Positions 1-8,616 are shown, counted from the stretch's first letter. The stretch: DNA of 32,000 bases from Dickeya solani IPO 2222 (GCF_001644705.1 NZ_CP015137.1:690001-722000), one strand, 5' to 3'. The notes: generated by a model not told the origin, from the letters alone. Numbers and translations are program-made.

Positions 1-606
1 ATTGAAAACCCGTACCGGCCGGTCAGCTTCGACCACCTGCTGGTGTCGCCGCAAAATTCCCGCGATCGTCTCTACCAGATGATCGATCGGGAAATAGCTA
101 ACGCGCAGGCAGGTCAGGAAGCAAAGATTACCCTAAAAATCAATAATATGGTTGACAAGGGACTGGTGGACCGCCTGTATACTGCTTCCAGCGCCGGGGT
201 AAAAATCGACCTACTGGTTCGCGGCATGTGCTCGCTGATTCCAGAACTCCCCGGGATCAGCGATAATATTCGTGTCATCAGTATTCTGGACCGCTATCTG
301 GAACACGACCGCGTCTATGTGTTCCATAATGGCGGTGACCACAAGGTCTTCCTGTCGTCCGCTGACTGGATGACACGCAATATTGATTACCGTATCGAAG
401 TCGCGGTGGAAGTGCTTGATCACAGGCTAAAAGGCCAGGTGCTGGACATTCTGGAGATTTTGTTCAGCGATACGGTAAAAACCCGTGTGGTAGACAAGGA
501 ACTGAGCAATCGCTACGTCACCCGCGGCAACCGGCGCAAGGTACGCGCCCAGAATGCCATCTATGACTATATCAAGGCGCTTGAGCAACCCGGAGAACAG
601 GCCTGA
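1..606 (+). CDS. ppk: polyphosphate kinase 1, C-terminal part (5' end lies outside the window)
   Basis: Frame 1 is open from base 1 ([22 protein letters not shown]...) to TGA 604-606. The tail ...[16 protein letters not shown]...[19 protein letters not shown] matches my recollection of the E. coli Ppk C-terminus. ppx starts 4 nt downstream, as in the ppk-ppx operon. Confidence 0.93.
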   Translation: MENPYRPVSFDHLLVSPQNSRDRLYQMIDREIANAQAGQEAKITLKINNMVDKGLVDRLYTASSAGVKIDLLVRGMCSLIPELPGISDNIRVISILDRYLEHDRVYVFHNGGDHKVFLSSADWMTRNIDYRIEVAVEVLDHRLKGQVLDILEILFSDTVKTRVVDKELSNRYVTRGNRRKVRAQNAIYDYIKALEQPGEQA

Positions 607-610
607 CCCA

Positions 611-2140
611 ATGCCTTTAACGAATAACAATACCGAACAACCCCAGGAATTCGCCGCTATCGACCTGGGGTCCAACAGCTTCCATATGGTGGTCGCCCGC
701 GTCGTCAATGGCGCATTGCAGGTCCTGAGCCGCCTGAAACAACGCGTGCATCTGGCCGACGGGCTGGACAGCCAGAACCGGCTGAGCGAAGAATCCATCC
801 AGCGCGGGCTGAGCTGTCTGGCGCTGTTTGCCGAACGGCTGCAGGGCTTTCCTGCCACCAACGTGTCGATTGTTGGTACTCATGCACTGCGGCAGGCGGT
901 CAACGCGCAGGATTTTCTGCGGCGCGCCGCCAGGATTATCCCCTACCCGATCGAGATCATCTCCGGCCATGAAGAAGCCCGTCTGATCTTCATGGGGGTG
1001 GAACACACCCAGCCGGAAAAAGGCCGCAAGTTGGTGATCGACATCGGCGGCGGTTCTACCGAGCTGGTGATCGGCGAAGACTTTGAACCGATACTGGTGG
1101 AAAGCCGCCGCATGGGTTGCGTCAGCTTCGCCCAACAGTTCTTCCCCAACGGCGAAATCAGCGAGGCCAATTTCCGGCGCGCTCGGCTGGCTGCGGCCCA
1201 GAAGCTGGAAACCCTGGCGTGGGAATACCGTATCTACGGCTGGGACTATGCCTTGGGCGCTTCCGGCACCATCAAGGCCACCTGCGAAATTTTGGTCGCC
1301 ATGGGGGAAAAAGACGGTCTGATCACTCCAGAACGGCTGGAAATGCTGCGCGAACGCATCCTGCAATTCAAAAATTTCCGGGCCGTCAGCCTGCCTGGTC
1401 TGACCGAAGATCGTCAGAACGTGCTGGTGCCGGGCTTCGCCATCCTGTGCGGCGTGTTTGACGCGCTAGCGATCAAAGAACTCCGCCTGTCGGACGGCGC
1501 CCTGCGCGAAGGGGTGCTGTACGAAATGGAGGGCCGCTTCCGCCATCAGGATATCCGTATCCGTACCGCGCAAAGTCTGGCCAGCCACTACAATATCGAC
1601 CGGGAGCAGGCGAAACGCGTGCGGGAAACCGCTGAACAGCTTTACGCCCAATGGGCGCAGCAGAATCCGTCGCTGGTGCACCCGCAGTTGGGAGCGCTGC
1701 TGAAATGGGCGTCCATGCTGCATGAGGTTGGGCTGGGCATCAACCATAGCGGTATGCATCGTCATTCGGCCTACATTCTGCAAAACACCAACCTGCCGGG
1801 TTTCAATCAGGAACAGCAGCAGTTGCTGGCCCTGACGGTGCGGCTGCATCGCAAAGCCGTCAAGCTGGAAGAGTTACCGCGCTTCAACCTGTTCAAGAAG
1901 AAGCAGTACCTGCCGATGGTGCAACTGTTGCGCCTCGCTACCCTGCTGAACAACCAACGTCAGGCGACCACCACGCCGAAAACGCTGCGCCTTATCGCCA
2001 GCGAAACCGCGTGGACGCTGATTTTCCCGCAAGGGTTCTTCAACCAGAACATGCTGGTGCAGCTTGATCTGGAACGGGAACAGCAATATTGGGAAGACGT
2101 TAGCGGCTGGAAATTGCACATCGAAGAAGAACTGGACTGA
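611..2140 (+). CDS. ppx: exopolyphosphatase
   Basis: ATG at 611, [31 protein letters not shown]..., with Ppx/GppA motifs ([24 protein letters not shown]). It is collinear with E. coli Ppx over its full length. The ORF-track start at 554 is an upstream extension overlapping ppk. Confidence 0.95.
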   Translation: MPLTNNNTEQPQEFAAIDLGSNSFHMVVARVVNGALQVLSRLKQRVHLADGLDSQNRLSEESIQRGLSCLALFAERLQGFPATNVSIVGTHALRQAVNAQDFLRRAARIIPYPIEIISGHEEARLIFMGVEHTQPEKGRKLVIDIGGGSTELVIGEDFEPILVESRRMGCVSFAQQFFPNGEISEANFRRARLAAAQKLETLAWEYRIYGWDYALGASGTIKATCEILVAMGEKDGLITPERLEMLRERILQFKNFRAVSLPGLTEDRQNVLVPGFAILCGVFDALAIKELRLSDGALREGVLYEMEGRFRHQDIRIRTAQSLASHYNIDREQAKRVRETAEQLYAQWAQQNPSLVHPQLGALLKWASMLHEVGLGINHSGMHRHSAYILQNTNLPGFNQEQQQLLALTVRLHRKAVKLEELPRFNLFKKKQYLPMVQLLRLATLLNNQRQATTTPKTLRLIASETAWTLIFPQGFFNQNMLVQLDLEREQQYWEDVSGWKLHIEEELD

Positions 2141-2148
2141 TCGTTTTC

Positions 2149-2210
2149 CAGGCCGGCAGCGCCTCCGGGTTTGCTGTCCGGCCTGTTATTACGGCGTTTT
2201 TGCTTTTTTC
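2149..2210 (+). terminator. probable ppx terminator hairpin followed by a T-rich tract
   Basis: Stem caggccggcagc (2149-2160) pairs with gctgtccggcctg (2173-2185) with a 1-nt bulge. It is followed by ttattacggcgtttttgctttttt. Confidence 0.5.
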
Positions 2211-2356
2211 CGTGACATCAATCACACAATTGCCATCAACAGCACGTCTGGCTACCCTCCTCCGCGCTTTTTGCCCCACTCACATTGACCATCCCGCAGG
2301 CTTGTGCCTAAATAAAATACAGCGAATGTCCGCGATAAACAGGAAAACGAAGATCC

Positions 2357-2587
2357 ATGGCTACCATTACTCACAAACCCATTACTCACAAACGGCGCAT
2401 AGCCTTGCGTCAGCGACGACGATCCGGTACGCGCATAGCACGTACTGTACTGATGATTAGTTTTATTATTCTGCTTGGTCGTTTTGCCTATTCCGCCATC
2501 GGCGCTTTTCTCCATCACCAGAACACACAGCAACCACGTGTCGAACAACCTGTCGCCTCAACGAGCGTGACACCCCAACGCGAATAG
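2357..2587 (+). CDS. yfgG: small inner-membrane protein, YfgG-like (76 aa)
   Basis: A basic N-terminus is followed by a single TM segment and a His-rich tail: ...RRSGTRIARTVLMISFIILLGRFAYSAIGAFLHHQNTQQ... This resembles my recollection of E. coli YfgG, which also lies near ppx in E. coli. The SD is weak (aggaa, 11 nt upstream). Confidence 0.6.
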   Translation: MATITHKPITHKRRIALRQRRRSGTRIARTVLMISFIILLGRFAYSAIGAFLHHQNTQQPRVEQPVASTSVTPQRE

Positions 2588-2769
2588 CATCCGCCCTCAT
2601 TGATGCTGTTGATGTCGTGACATGTAACGAAAACTATTGCACCTTGTGCCGTAGCCGGGTGACGTTATGATTTTTTATGCCCCGCACGTCCCACCCGCCG
2701 CATTCATTCCATACTCAGAATTAGGTTTTATGCTGACGATAGGTTCTATACCAACAATAGAGGTGCGTC

Positions 2770-3036
2770 ATGGCCAATGGCTGGTCCAATGACGGTGCAG
2801 TGCAGGAGCAAATCGACGCGACGGTGGATGATGCCATCGCCCACGCTCGCAGCCTACTGCATCAGGGCGACAGCGCAGAGTATTGCGAAGAATGCGGCGA
2901 AGCCATCCCGCAGGCGCGCCGTCAGGCGCTACCGGGTGTTCGTTTCTGCGTACAGTGCCAGGAAAAACTGGATAAGAAACAGGCCGTCAACAGCGGTTAT
3001 AACCGACGCGGCAGCAAAGACAGCCAGTTACGCTGA
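2770..3036 (+). CDS. ybiI: DksA/TraR-family C4 zinc-finger protein (YbiI-like, 88 aa)
   Basis: CEECGEAIPQARRQALPGVRFCVQCQ is a C-x2-C...C-x2-C finger. The C-terminal YNRRGSKDSQLR tail matches my recollection of E. coli YbiI. SD agaggtg lies upstream of the ATG. Confidence 0.8.
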   Translation: MANGWSNDGAVQEQIDATVDDAIAHARSLLHQGDSAEYCEECGEAIPQARRQALPGVRFCVQCQEKLDKKQAVNSGYNRRGSKDSQLR

Positions 3037-3084
3037 AAGACGAGGCCGCCGATGCCAGCGTGACACCGGGCCCCGCCAACCGGT

Positions 3085-3513
3085 TCACCTCACCACCAAC
3101 ACCGATGTCTGGGCATGGCGAACAATCGCCGCTGCATTCGACCCCAACAGGTAGGTCTTCACATTCGGGCGACGCGAGCCAATCACAATCAGATCAGCTT
3201 CAATTTCCTGAGCCAATTCCAGCACTTCATCGCGTGGAATGCCGAAACTGAGACTGTGAGACAGCTTGTCCGCCGGCAAATCGATGGTTTTCATCAAGGC
3301 ATGCAGTTTCTCATCCGCTTTGATCACCGCCTCATTCTCAAATTCCTTGATGCCAAACGAGTACGCCGACATGAACGCCGAAGCGTCAGGCAGCGCATGA
3401 AACAGATGGACAGTCGCGCCGGATTGCCTGGCCAGCGCCACGGCATGTAACAACGCCTTTTGGGTCAAAACCTCTTCGTCAATATCCACGGGTACTAAAA
3501 TGGTCTTATACAT
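3085..3513 (-). CDS. universal stress protein, UspG/UspF class
   Basis: MYKTILVPVDIDEE...VIGSRRPNVKTYLLGSNAAAIVRHAQTSVLVVR carries the typical USP N- and C-terminal motifs. I prefer the second ATG (3513) because SD aaggggg is better spaced from it; ATG 3516 is also possible. Confidence 0.88.
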   Translation of the reverse strand: MYKTILVPVDIDEEVLTQKALLHAVALARQSGATVHLFHALPDASAFMSAYSFGIKEFENEAVIKADEKLHALMKTIDLPADKLSHSLSFGIPRDEVLELAQEIEADLIVIGSRRPNVKTYLLGSNAAAIVRHAQTSVLVVR

Positions 3514-3723
3514 CATCGCCCCCTTAAGTTAGCCACCGTTGTATTGAAAGCGTAGTCCCGTTTGCCGTCACGCGATGTCGTTTTTAAGGTATTTGTGAAG
3601 CGACGCCGGATTTACGCCATAACATTACCAATACAATACAAACGGTTATACTGCGGGTCTTGCCCTCACACAGCATCGGGCGTAGTCTTGGCCCACGCAA
3701 ACCATTACCCACAGACTCCGGGC

Positions 3724-4086
3724 ATGACAACACTTGATGAGCTGTTTTTCCGGCTGTCACGCTCCCGTTTCCGCCAGCGTTTTCATCTGGGCGCCAAAGA
3801 GCGCGACTATTGTTTCAGCAAAGGCAAAACGCTGATTGCGTCTCACGCCGCCGACTTTATCGCTCAACGTCTGGCGTCGGCGGAACCCGCCAACGACGGC
3901 AAACAAACCCCGATGCGCGGTCATCCGGTGTTCATCGCCCAGCACGCCACCGCGACCTGCTGCCGAGGTTGTCTGGAGAAATGGCATCACATCGACCAGC
4001 ACCGTCTACTGAGCGATGACGAACAGCGCTATATCGTCGATGTGATTCTGCGCTGGCTTGAAAACGACCTGCTCAGCTCACCTTAA
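3724..4086 (+). CDS. DUF4186-family protein (function unknown)
   Basis: MTTLDELFFRLSRSRFRQRF...GKQTPMRGHPVFIAQHATATCCRGCLEKWH is the conserved DUF4186 core as I recall it. The ORF-track start at 3562 (TTG) adds 54 non-conserved residues, so I prefer ATG 3724. Confidence 0.75.
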   Translation: MTTLDELFFRLSRSRFRQRFHLGAKERDYCFSKGKTLIASHAADFIAQRLASAEPANDGKQTPMRGHPVFIAQHATATCCRGCLEKWHHIDQHRLLSDDEQRYIVDVILRWLENDLLSSP

Positions 4087-4096
4087 GCCGCACGCA

Positions 4097-4621
4097 TCAG
4101 GCCGGGGCCCGCCACTCACGCAGAATAGCGTCGGTGTCTTCCACGCGCAGCGTATTGTCGGGAATAATGAAATCGCGCCAGACATCATTATGCTGGGCAA
4201 TCAATTGTGCCGCGTTTACCGCCCGGCGGTCCGCCGTGGTATGGGCATCGCCCGCCACCGTCTGGGCATAACCGCGGCTGGCGGCATTTTTGATAGTGGC
4301 ATCGACACAATAATCGGTAGCGCAGCCACATACGGTGAAATGCCGGACATCAAGACGGTTCAACGTGTCTGCCAGTTCGGTGCGATAAAACGCGTCACAG
4401 GCGGTTTTGGTGACGGATATCGCGTTCGCGGGACGATGCAGCGAGGGCAACAGTTGCCATGCCTCACTGCCGAGCAGCATGTCTGCGTCCGCATGCTGAA
4501 TAAAAATGGTCTGATCCGCCGCGTCAATCAACCGATTGATGCGCTCAACCACGATATCCTGCTGATAACGCGGCGTGGCGAACACCCCGTTCTGCATATC
4601 AACAACGATTAACACCTGCAT
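4097..4621 (-). CDS. cysteine hydrolase, isochorismatase/nicotinamidase superfamily
   Basis: MQVLIVVDMQNGVF (N-terminal D-x-Q-N motif) and FTVCGCATDYCV (catalytic Cys motif). SD ggagaaa lies just upstream of ATG 4621. The ORF-track start at 4657 lacks an SD. Confidence 0.85.
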   Translation of the reverse strand: MQVLIVVDMQNGVFATPRYQQDIVVERINRLIDAADQTIFIQHADADMLLGSEAWQLLPSLHRPANAISVTKTACDAFYRTELADTLNRLDVRHFTVCGCATDYCVDATIKNAASRGYAQTVAGDAHTTADRRAVNAAQLIAQHNDVWRDFIIPDNTLRVEDTDAILREWRAPA

Positions 4622-4730
4622 GCTTTCTCCAGAACCCATAGCGCAAAGCACTATCATACTGCTTTACCCGGCGAGCCGGCATAACCACATGAACGGAAAT
4701 TGAAGGTGCGATGGAAAGTAGGAAAATCGA

Positions 4731-4767
4731 CACAAACGAAAACGGGCCAGCATAATGCTGACCCGTT
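4731..4767 (-). terminator. rho-independent terminator of serT
   Basis: On the minus strand, aacgggtcagcat...atgctggcccgtt forms a 13-bp stem with one G-U pair. It is followed by ttttcgtttgtg immediately 3' of the tRNA. Confidence 0.75.
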
Positions 4768-4773
4768 AAAATT

Positions 4774-4861
4774 TGGCGGAGGAGTAGAGATTCGAACTCT
4801 AGAACGCTTTCGCGTCGCCGGTTTTCAAGACCGGTGCCTTCAACCACTCGGCCACTCCTCC
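4774..4861 (-). tRNA. serT: tRNA-Ser (anticodon UGA), 88 nt including CCA
   Basis: Minus-strand read: GGAGGAGTGGCCGAGTGGTTGAAGGCACCGGTCTTGAAAACCGGCGACGCGAAAGCGTTCTAGAGTTCGAATCTCTACTCCTCCGCCA. The acceptor is GGAGGAG/CTCCTCC and the anticodon loop is CU-UGA-AA. It has a long variable arm, a TPsiC stem TAGAG/CTCTA and an encoded CCA. It sits next to yccA, as serT does in E. coli. Confidence 0.97.
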
Positions 4862-4873
4862 GCAACGACGCGA

Positions 4874-4902
4874 ACTATAAACAGTGTGCCGAATATTGTA
4901 AA
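4874..4902 (-). promoter_or_regulatory. serT promoter (-35 TTTACA, 17-nt spacer, -10 TATAGT, GC-rich discriminator)
   Basis: Minus strand reads ctTTTACAatattcggcacactgttTATAGTtcgcgtcgttgc, followed directly by tRNA position 1. The discriminator gcgtc is typical of stringently controlled stable-RNA promoters. Confidence 0.65.
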
Positions 4903-5087
4903 GCGACACATCGCTCAATCGCCTGAAAAACAGGCAGCAACCGATTGAAAGCGTACAAAATCGCCATCAGGCTCAAATTTTTATCGTCAACAGCGTAAAG
5001 AAGGGTAAAACGGCTTTAATAACATAATGCAACTACTTAATCTCTTTAAAGACAACAATGGCCCCTTTAACAGAGAGAGTCGTTATT

Positions 5088-5747
5088 ATGGACCGCATTA
5101 TTGCCTCCTCCACTCGCGAGCAATCGCTACTCAGTACCCATAAGGTACTTCGTAATACTTATTTTCTGCTGTCGCTGACGCTGGGTTTCTCCGCCGTCAC
5201 CGCCACCCTTAGCACCGTGCTGAATCTGCCGTCTCCGGGTCTGATCCTGATGCTGGTCGGCTTTTACGGTCTGATGTTCCTGACATATCGTCTGGCGGAC
5301 CGCCCGGCGGGTATTCTGGCCGTGTTCGCGCTGACCGGCTTTATGGGTTATACCCTCGGCCCATTGCTGAGCTCGCTGATTGCCGCGGGTGCCAGCGACA
5401 TTATCATGCTGGCGCTGGGCGGCACGGCTCTGGTGTTCTTCTGCTGCTCCGCCTACGTGCTGACCACTCGTAAGGACATGTCTTTCCTGTCCGGTATGCT
5501 GATGGCTGGCTTTGTGGTGCTGCTGGTGGCGACGATTGCCAACCTGTTCCTGAATCTGCCGGGGCTGCATCTGGCTATCAGTGCGATGTTTATCCTGTTC
5601 TCCGCCGGTGCGATTCTGTGGGAGACCAGCAACATCGTCCACGGCGGCGAAACCAACTACATTCGTGCGACAGTCAGCCTGTATGTCTCCATCTACAACC
5701 TGTTTGTCAGCCTGCTGAGCCTGTTGGGGATGTCCCGCAGCGAGTAA
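5088..5747 (+). CDS. yccA: BAX-inhibitor-1 family inner-membrane protein, FtsH modulator YccA
   Basis: [32 protein letters not shown]... is a polytopic membrane protein collinear with E. coli YccA. ATG 5088 is preceded by gagag. It is adjacent to serT as in E. coli. Confidence 0.93.
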   Translation: MDRIIASSTREQSLLSTHKVLRNTYFLLSLTLGFSAVTATLSTVLNLPSPGLILMLVGFYGLMFLTYRLADRPAGILAVFALTGFMGYTLGPLLSSLIAAGASDIIMLALGGTALVFFCCSAYVLTTRKDMSFLSGMLMAGFVVLLVATIANLFLNLPGLHLAISAMFILFSAGAILWETSNIVHGGETNYIRATVSLYVSIYNLFVSLLSLLGMSRSE

Positions 5748-5773
5748 CCGGGCGCCAACACCAGACGCAATCA

Positions 5774-5807
5774 GACAAGGCGCCTTCGGGCGCCTTGTCG
5801 CTTTTCT
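5774..5807 (+). terminator. rho-independent terminator of yccA
   Basis: gacaaggcgcc-ttcg-ggcgccttgtc is a perfect 11-bp stem with a UUCG tetraloop. It is followed by gcttttct. Confidence 0.85.
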
Positions 5808-5917
5808 GTGACGCGTTCAGACAGCCCGGCACGTTTCAACACTCACCATGCGCTATCTTCTGTGTTGGCTACAAAGTTTGCTAGACTAGGCATGTTTTCA
5901 CGTCATACCGAGGCAAT

Positions 5918-6247
5918 ATGTTAGTGTTTGAAGACCGGGTCATCGATACCGATGCCCAGGGATATCTGAAAGACAGCGGCGACTGGCAGGAAGGCATGGC
6001 CCCCATGCTGGCGGAACAGGAAGGCATCGCGCTCACGGACGCGCACTGGGAAGTGGTGCGCTTTGTCAGGGCGTTTTACCTCGAATTCAATACCTCGCCC
6101 GCCATCCGCATGCTGGTTAAAGCGATGGCTCAGAAATACGGCGAGGAGAAAGGTAACAGTCGCTATCTCTACCGTCTGTTTCCCAAAGGCCCGGCCAAAC
6201 AGGCGACCAAAATTGCCGGGCTGCCTAAACCGGTGAAATGCATTTGA
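5918..6247 (+). CDS. tusE: sulfurtransferase TusE (2-thiouridine tRNA modification relay)
   Basis: ...[67 protein letters not shown] is nearly identical to my recollection of the E. coli TusE C-terminal half, including the terminal Cys. Confidence 0.95.
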   Translation: MLVFEDRVIDTDAQGYLKDSGDWQEGMAPMLAEQEGIALTDAHWEVVRFVRAFYLEFNTSPAIRMLVKAMAQKYGEEKGNSRYLYRLFPKGPAKQATKIAGLPKPVKCI

Positions 6248-6263
6248 GTATTCAGGCGCACGT

Positions 6264-6542
6264 TCAATAGCGAATCGTAAAATCGCGCTCATCGGTGACG
6301 GGGTGCGGTTCCATCAGCACCTTGTCCACACGGGCATGACGCGGCCCGCCCTGTTTCAGCCAGGCCACCAGTTGCTCGACGGCATGCGCCTCGCCACTGG
6401 CGACGACCTCCACACTGCCGTCCTCACAGTTTTTGACGTAGCCGCGCACCCCCAACTGGCGGGCCTGCAATTGGGTGTGATAGCGAAATCCTACCCCTTG
6501 AACCATTCCGTAAACCCAGGCAATCACGGATACCGTCGACAT
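6264..6542 (-). CDS. yccX: acylphosphatase
   Basis: [24 protein letters not shown]...[17 protein letters not shown] carries the acylphosphatase signatures. I prefer ATG 6542 (SD gaggtg) over the ORF-track start at 6563. Confidence 0.9.
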   Translation of the reverse strand: MSTVSVIAWVYGMVQGVGFRYHTQLQARQLGVRGYVKNCEDGSVEVVASGEAHAVEQLVAWLKQGGPRHARVDKVLMEPHPVTDERDFTIRY

Positions 6543-6620
6543 ACCGCTCACCTCAATCTCCATCGGATACAGTGTAAAAATGCATCGGAGTTAACGCATT
6601 TTTGCCAGCGTTCAGCCTAT

Positions 6621-6650
6621 TATTAATACAACAAATATTAATACAACAAA
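6621..6650. repeat. perfect 15-bp tandem duplication (tattaatacaacaaa x2)
   Basis: Read directly: 6621-6635 is identical to 6636-6650. It lies in the divergent yccX/hspQ intergenic region. Confidence 0.95.
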
Positions 6651-6701
6651 GACACCGACTGGCTAAACCGTTCTGATGAAGATTGCCACCGCACCTGATG
6701 A

Positions 6702-6731
6702 CTTGAAAACCACGCGCTATCCCCCCATTTA
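6702..6731 (+). promoter_or_regulatory. sigma32 (heat-shock) promoter of hspQ
   Basis: CTTGAAA (6702-6708), then a 15-nt spacer, then CCCCATTTA (6723-6731). This compares with the sigma32 consensus CTTGAA-N13-17-CCCCATnT. It lies 30 nt upstream of the hspQ ATG. hspQ is a heat-shock gene in E. coli. Confidence 0.75.
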
Positions 6732-6761
6732 AGGTACGTAATACGTTTCTCGGGAGGTTAT

Positions 6762-7070
6762 ATGATTAACTGTAAATTCACTATCGGACAGCAGATTCGT
6801 CATAAACTACTGGGGTACCCCGGCGTCGTCATCGACATTGATCCTGAATACTCCCTTGAGCAACCGAAATGGGAGGAGCTTGCGGTCAATGACACTCTGC
6901 GAGCGGCGCCCTGGTATCACGTGGTGATGGAAGATGAGCAAGGTCGCCCTATTCATACCTATCTGGCGGAAGAGCAACTGGTCAATGAAGACCCCAACCC
7001 TTCCGAGCATCCATCGCTGGATGAACTGGCCGCTACTATCCGACGCCGCGCCCCGAGCCTGCTGCACTAA
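6762..7070 (+). CDS. hspQ: heat-shock protein HspQ (hemimethylated-DNA-binding family)
   Basis: [32 protein letters not shown]...[28 protein letters not shown] is collinear with E. coli HspQ. SD is gggagg. Confidence 0.93.
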   Translation: MINCKFTIGQQIRHKLLGYPGVVIDIDPEYSLEQPKWEELAVNDTLRAAPWYHVVMEDEQGRPIHTYLAEEQLVNEDPNPSEHPSLDELAATIRRRAPSLLH

Positions 7071-7138
7071 GCATGTCATGATTGCGGCGCGCGTTTGCCG
7101 TCAGTATTGCTCGTGACCGGGAAACGAGGCACGTCGGC

Positions 7139-7552
7139 CTATTTTTCCAGCCCCAACCGGGGAATTTCAATTTTCGGGCAGCGATCCATCACCACCGTCA
7201 GTCCCGCGTCATGCGCCAGTACCGCCGCGGCTTCGTTAATGACGCCAATTTGCAGCCACAGCACCCGCGCACCGATAGCTATCGCCTCCTGCGCGACTTC
7301 AAACACAGCGTCCGGTTGGCGAAAGACATCAACCATATCAACCGGTTCCGGAATATCGCCCAGTGACGCATAGGCAGTTTGCCCCAGCAGAGTTTGCCCC
7401 GCCAAACGCGGGCTGACCGGAATCACCCGGTATCCCTGTCCAAGCAAATAAGCCATCACCCCGTAGCTGGGGCGCGAAAGGTTCTCGCTGGCCCCGACCA
7501 GTGCAATGGTTTTCACCTGATTCAGTACTGCTTTAATATCGTTATCTTGCAT
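7139..7552 (-). CDS. yccU: CoA-binding domain protein YccU
   Basis: ...TIALVGASENLSRPSYGVMAYLLGQGYRVIPVSP...VVMDRCPKIEIPRLGLEK is close to my recollection of E. coli YccU. SD is ggagg. Confidence 0.92.
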   Translation of the reverse strand: MQDNDIKAVLNQVKTIALVGASENLSRPSYGVMAYLLGQGYRVIPVSPRLAGQTLLGQTAYASLGDIPEPVDMVDVFRQPDAVFEVAQEAIAIGARVLWLQIGVINEAAAVLAHDAGLTVVMDRCPKIEIPRLGLEK

Positions 7553-7738
7553 GGTTGCCTCCGTGACCGTTAACCCGACCAGCGCCCGCTCTCAGACATG
7601 ATGCCGGAAAAACCGAAGGCGCCAGTGCACTGCCTGCTATCAGTGTAACGCAGAACACCAGCGCCGATACGTCGTAGCGGCATAATCCATCGACAGGCTC
7701 ATCACAAGCGCGTCGTGCCGCCTGACTACTCATCAATG

Positions 7739-7771
7739 ACCAAATATTTCTCATTAATAACCAAATATTTC
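7739..7771. repeat. 12-bp exact direct repeat accaaatatttc, two copies 21 bp apart
   Basis: 7739-7750 is identical to 7760-7771, and the flanks are also similar (..tctcatt / ..tcatttt). It lies in the yccU/yccT divergent region. Confidence 0.9.
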
Positions 7772-7783
7772 ATTTTTAAAATT

Positions 7784-7812
7784 TTGACACATTCTGTTCA
7801 TTACTGAACAAT
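7784..7812 (+). promoter_or_regulatory. candidate yccT promoter (-35 TTGACA) with an overlapping palindrome TGTTCA-N4-TGAACA
   Basis: TTGACA at 7784-7789, a 17-nt spacer, then AACAAT at 7807-7812. The perfect 6+6 inverted repeat at 7795-7810 occupies the spacer and -10 region. It lies 30 nt upstream of the yccT ATG. Confidence 0.35.
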
Positions 7813-7841
7813 ACGACGATCAGATCCGTAATGAGGCATGT

Positions 7842-8489
7842 ATGAAAACAATTCCCGCTATCGCCACCACGCTGTGGTTGCTCACGCTCAGTTCTCTGGC
7901 GATGGCGACGACGCTGAAACTCAGGCCTGATATTGAGCTGATGATGGTCGACGGGAAAAAGGTCTCCGGTTCGCTGCTCAACGGTGCAGACAGCCTCGAA
8001 CTGGAAAAGGGTTATCACCAAATCGTTTTCCAGGCGTTGCGAACGGTTGGATCATCCACCGGGGCAAAACAGACTTATCGCTCACCCGGTTTGATTGCCG
8101 TATTCGACGCGCACAACCTCAATGAGGTCTCCATCCGCCTTCCTGACCTGGAAAGCCCGAATGCGCAGCGGGATTTCAGCCAGTCACCCGATTATCAACT
8201 GGTCGACAGCAAAAATCTGCCCATCCCGATCCGTACCGATGTATTGCGCACTGGCGAAACGGAACTGTCCGGTGAAATCGAAAAACGCATGGCTGACTAC
8301 AATCGTTCGGCTCAACCGGCGGCCGTCATCACCTTCGCGCTGCAATCCCCCGCGAAGGCGGCGGTCACCACCAACACGCCAGCCAATCCGCTGGATCCGC
8401 TCGGCATCATGCAGTACTGGTTTCAGCAAGCCGACAAAGGAACGCGCCAGCGATTTCTGGAATGGGCGAGAGAAAGAGAAGCCCAATAA
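7842..8489 (+). CDS. yccT: periplasmic DUF2057 protein YccT
   Basis: Signal peptide MKTIPAIATTLWLLTLSSLAMA. Its position between yccU and mgsA matches E. coli. SD is tgagg. Confidence 0.85.
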   Translation: MKTIPAIATTLWLLTLSSLAMATTLKLRPDIELMMVDGKKVSGSLLNGADSLELEKGYHQIVFQALRTVGSSTGAKQTYRSPGLIAVFDAHNLNEVSIRLPDLESPNAQRDFSQSPDYQLVDSKNLPIPIRTDVLRTGETELSGEIEKRMADYNRSAQPAAVITFALQSPAKAAVTTNTPANPLDPLGIMQYWFQQADKGTRQRFLEWAREREAQ

Positions 8490-8616
8490 GTATGCTGATT
8501 TTACAGACAAAAAACGCTGTTTTTGGAAAGATGCTCGCATTTTTTCAGTCTGCCGCTTTCCACTGAAACCCTGTTTCCGTAATCTGTGAAAACTATACTG
8601 TTCGAAGGATGTCGCC

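Noticed and set aside
3535-3687. An imperfect 12-bp inverted repeat (accgttgtattg at 3535-3546 and caatacaaacggt at 3634-3646) and an 8-bp direct repeat gcgtagtc (3550 and 3680) in the usp/DUF4186 divergent region.
   Set aside because: The inverted repeat needs an indel, and an 8-mer recurring within about 200 bp is not far from chance expectation. There is no supporting promoter geometry.
3562-3723. N-terminal extensions in the ORF track. Examples are DUF4186 from 3562, ppx from 554, yccA from 5058, yccX to 6563, helD to 11241, yccF from 11341, ompA from 15708, AKR to 19322, mdtA from 20890 and baeR from 31151.
   Set aside because: Internal ATGs with better SD spacing align with the N-termini of the E. 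coli homologues as I recall them. The extensions overlap upstream genes or promoters.
2141-4861. A possible genomic island integrated at tRNA-Ser (serT).
   Set aside because: There is no integrase, excisionase or mobility gene. I could find no repeat of the tRNA 3' end by eye, and composition is similar to the flanks. It is kept only as a synteny observation.
6621-6650. Tandem and direct repeats (6621-6650 and 7739-7771) considered as CRISPR or a minisatellite.
   Set aside because: There are only two copies each, either with no spacer or with a 9-bp spacer, no cas genes are present, and the repeats are AT-rich and promoter-proximal. They are simple local duplications.
7793-7812. ctgttcattactgaacaa upstream of yccT considered as a possible second LexA box.
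   Set aside because: Only the CTGT half fits. The other half reads GAAC rather than ACAG at the required spacing. It is better described as a TGTTCA-N4-TGAACA palindrome of unknown specificity.
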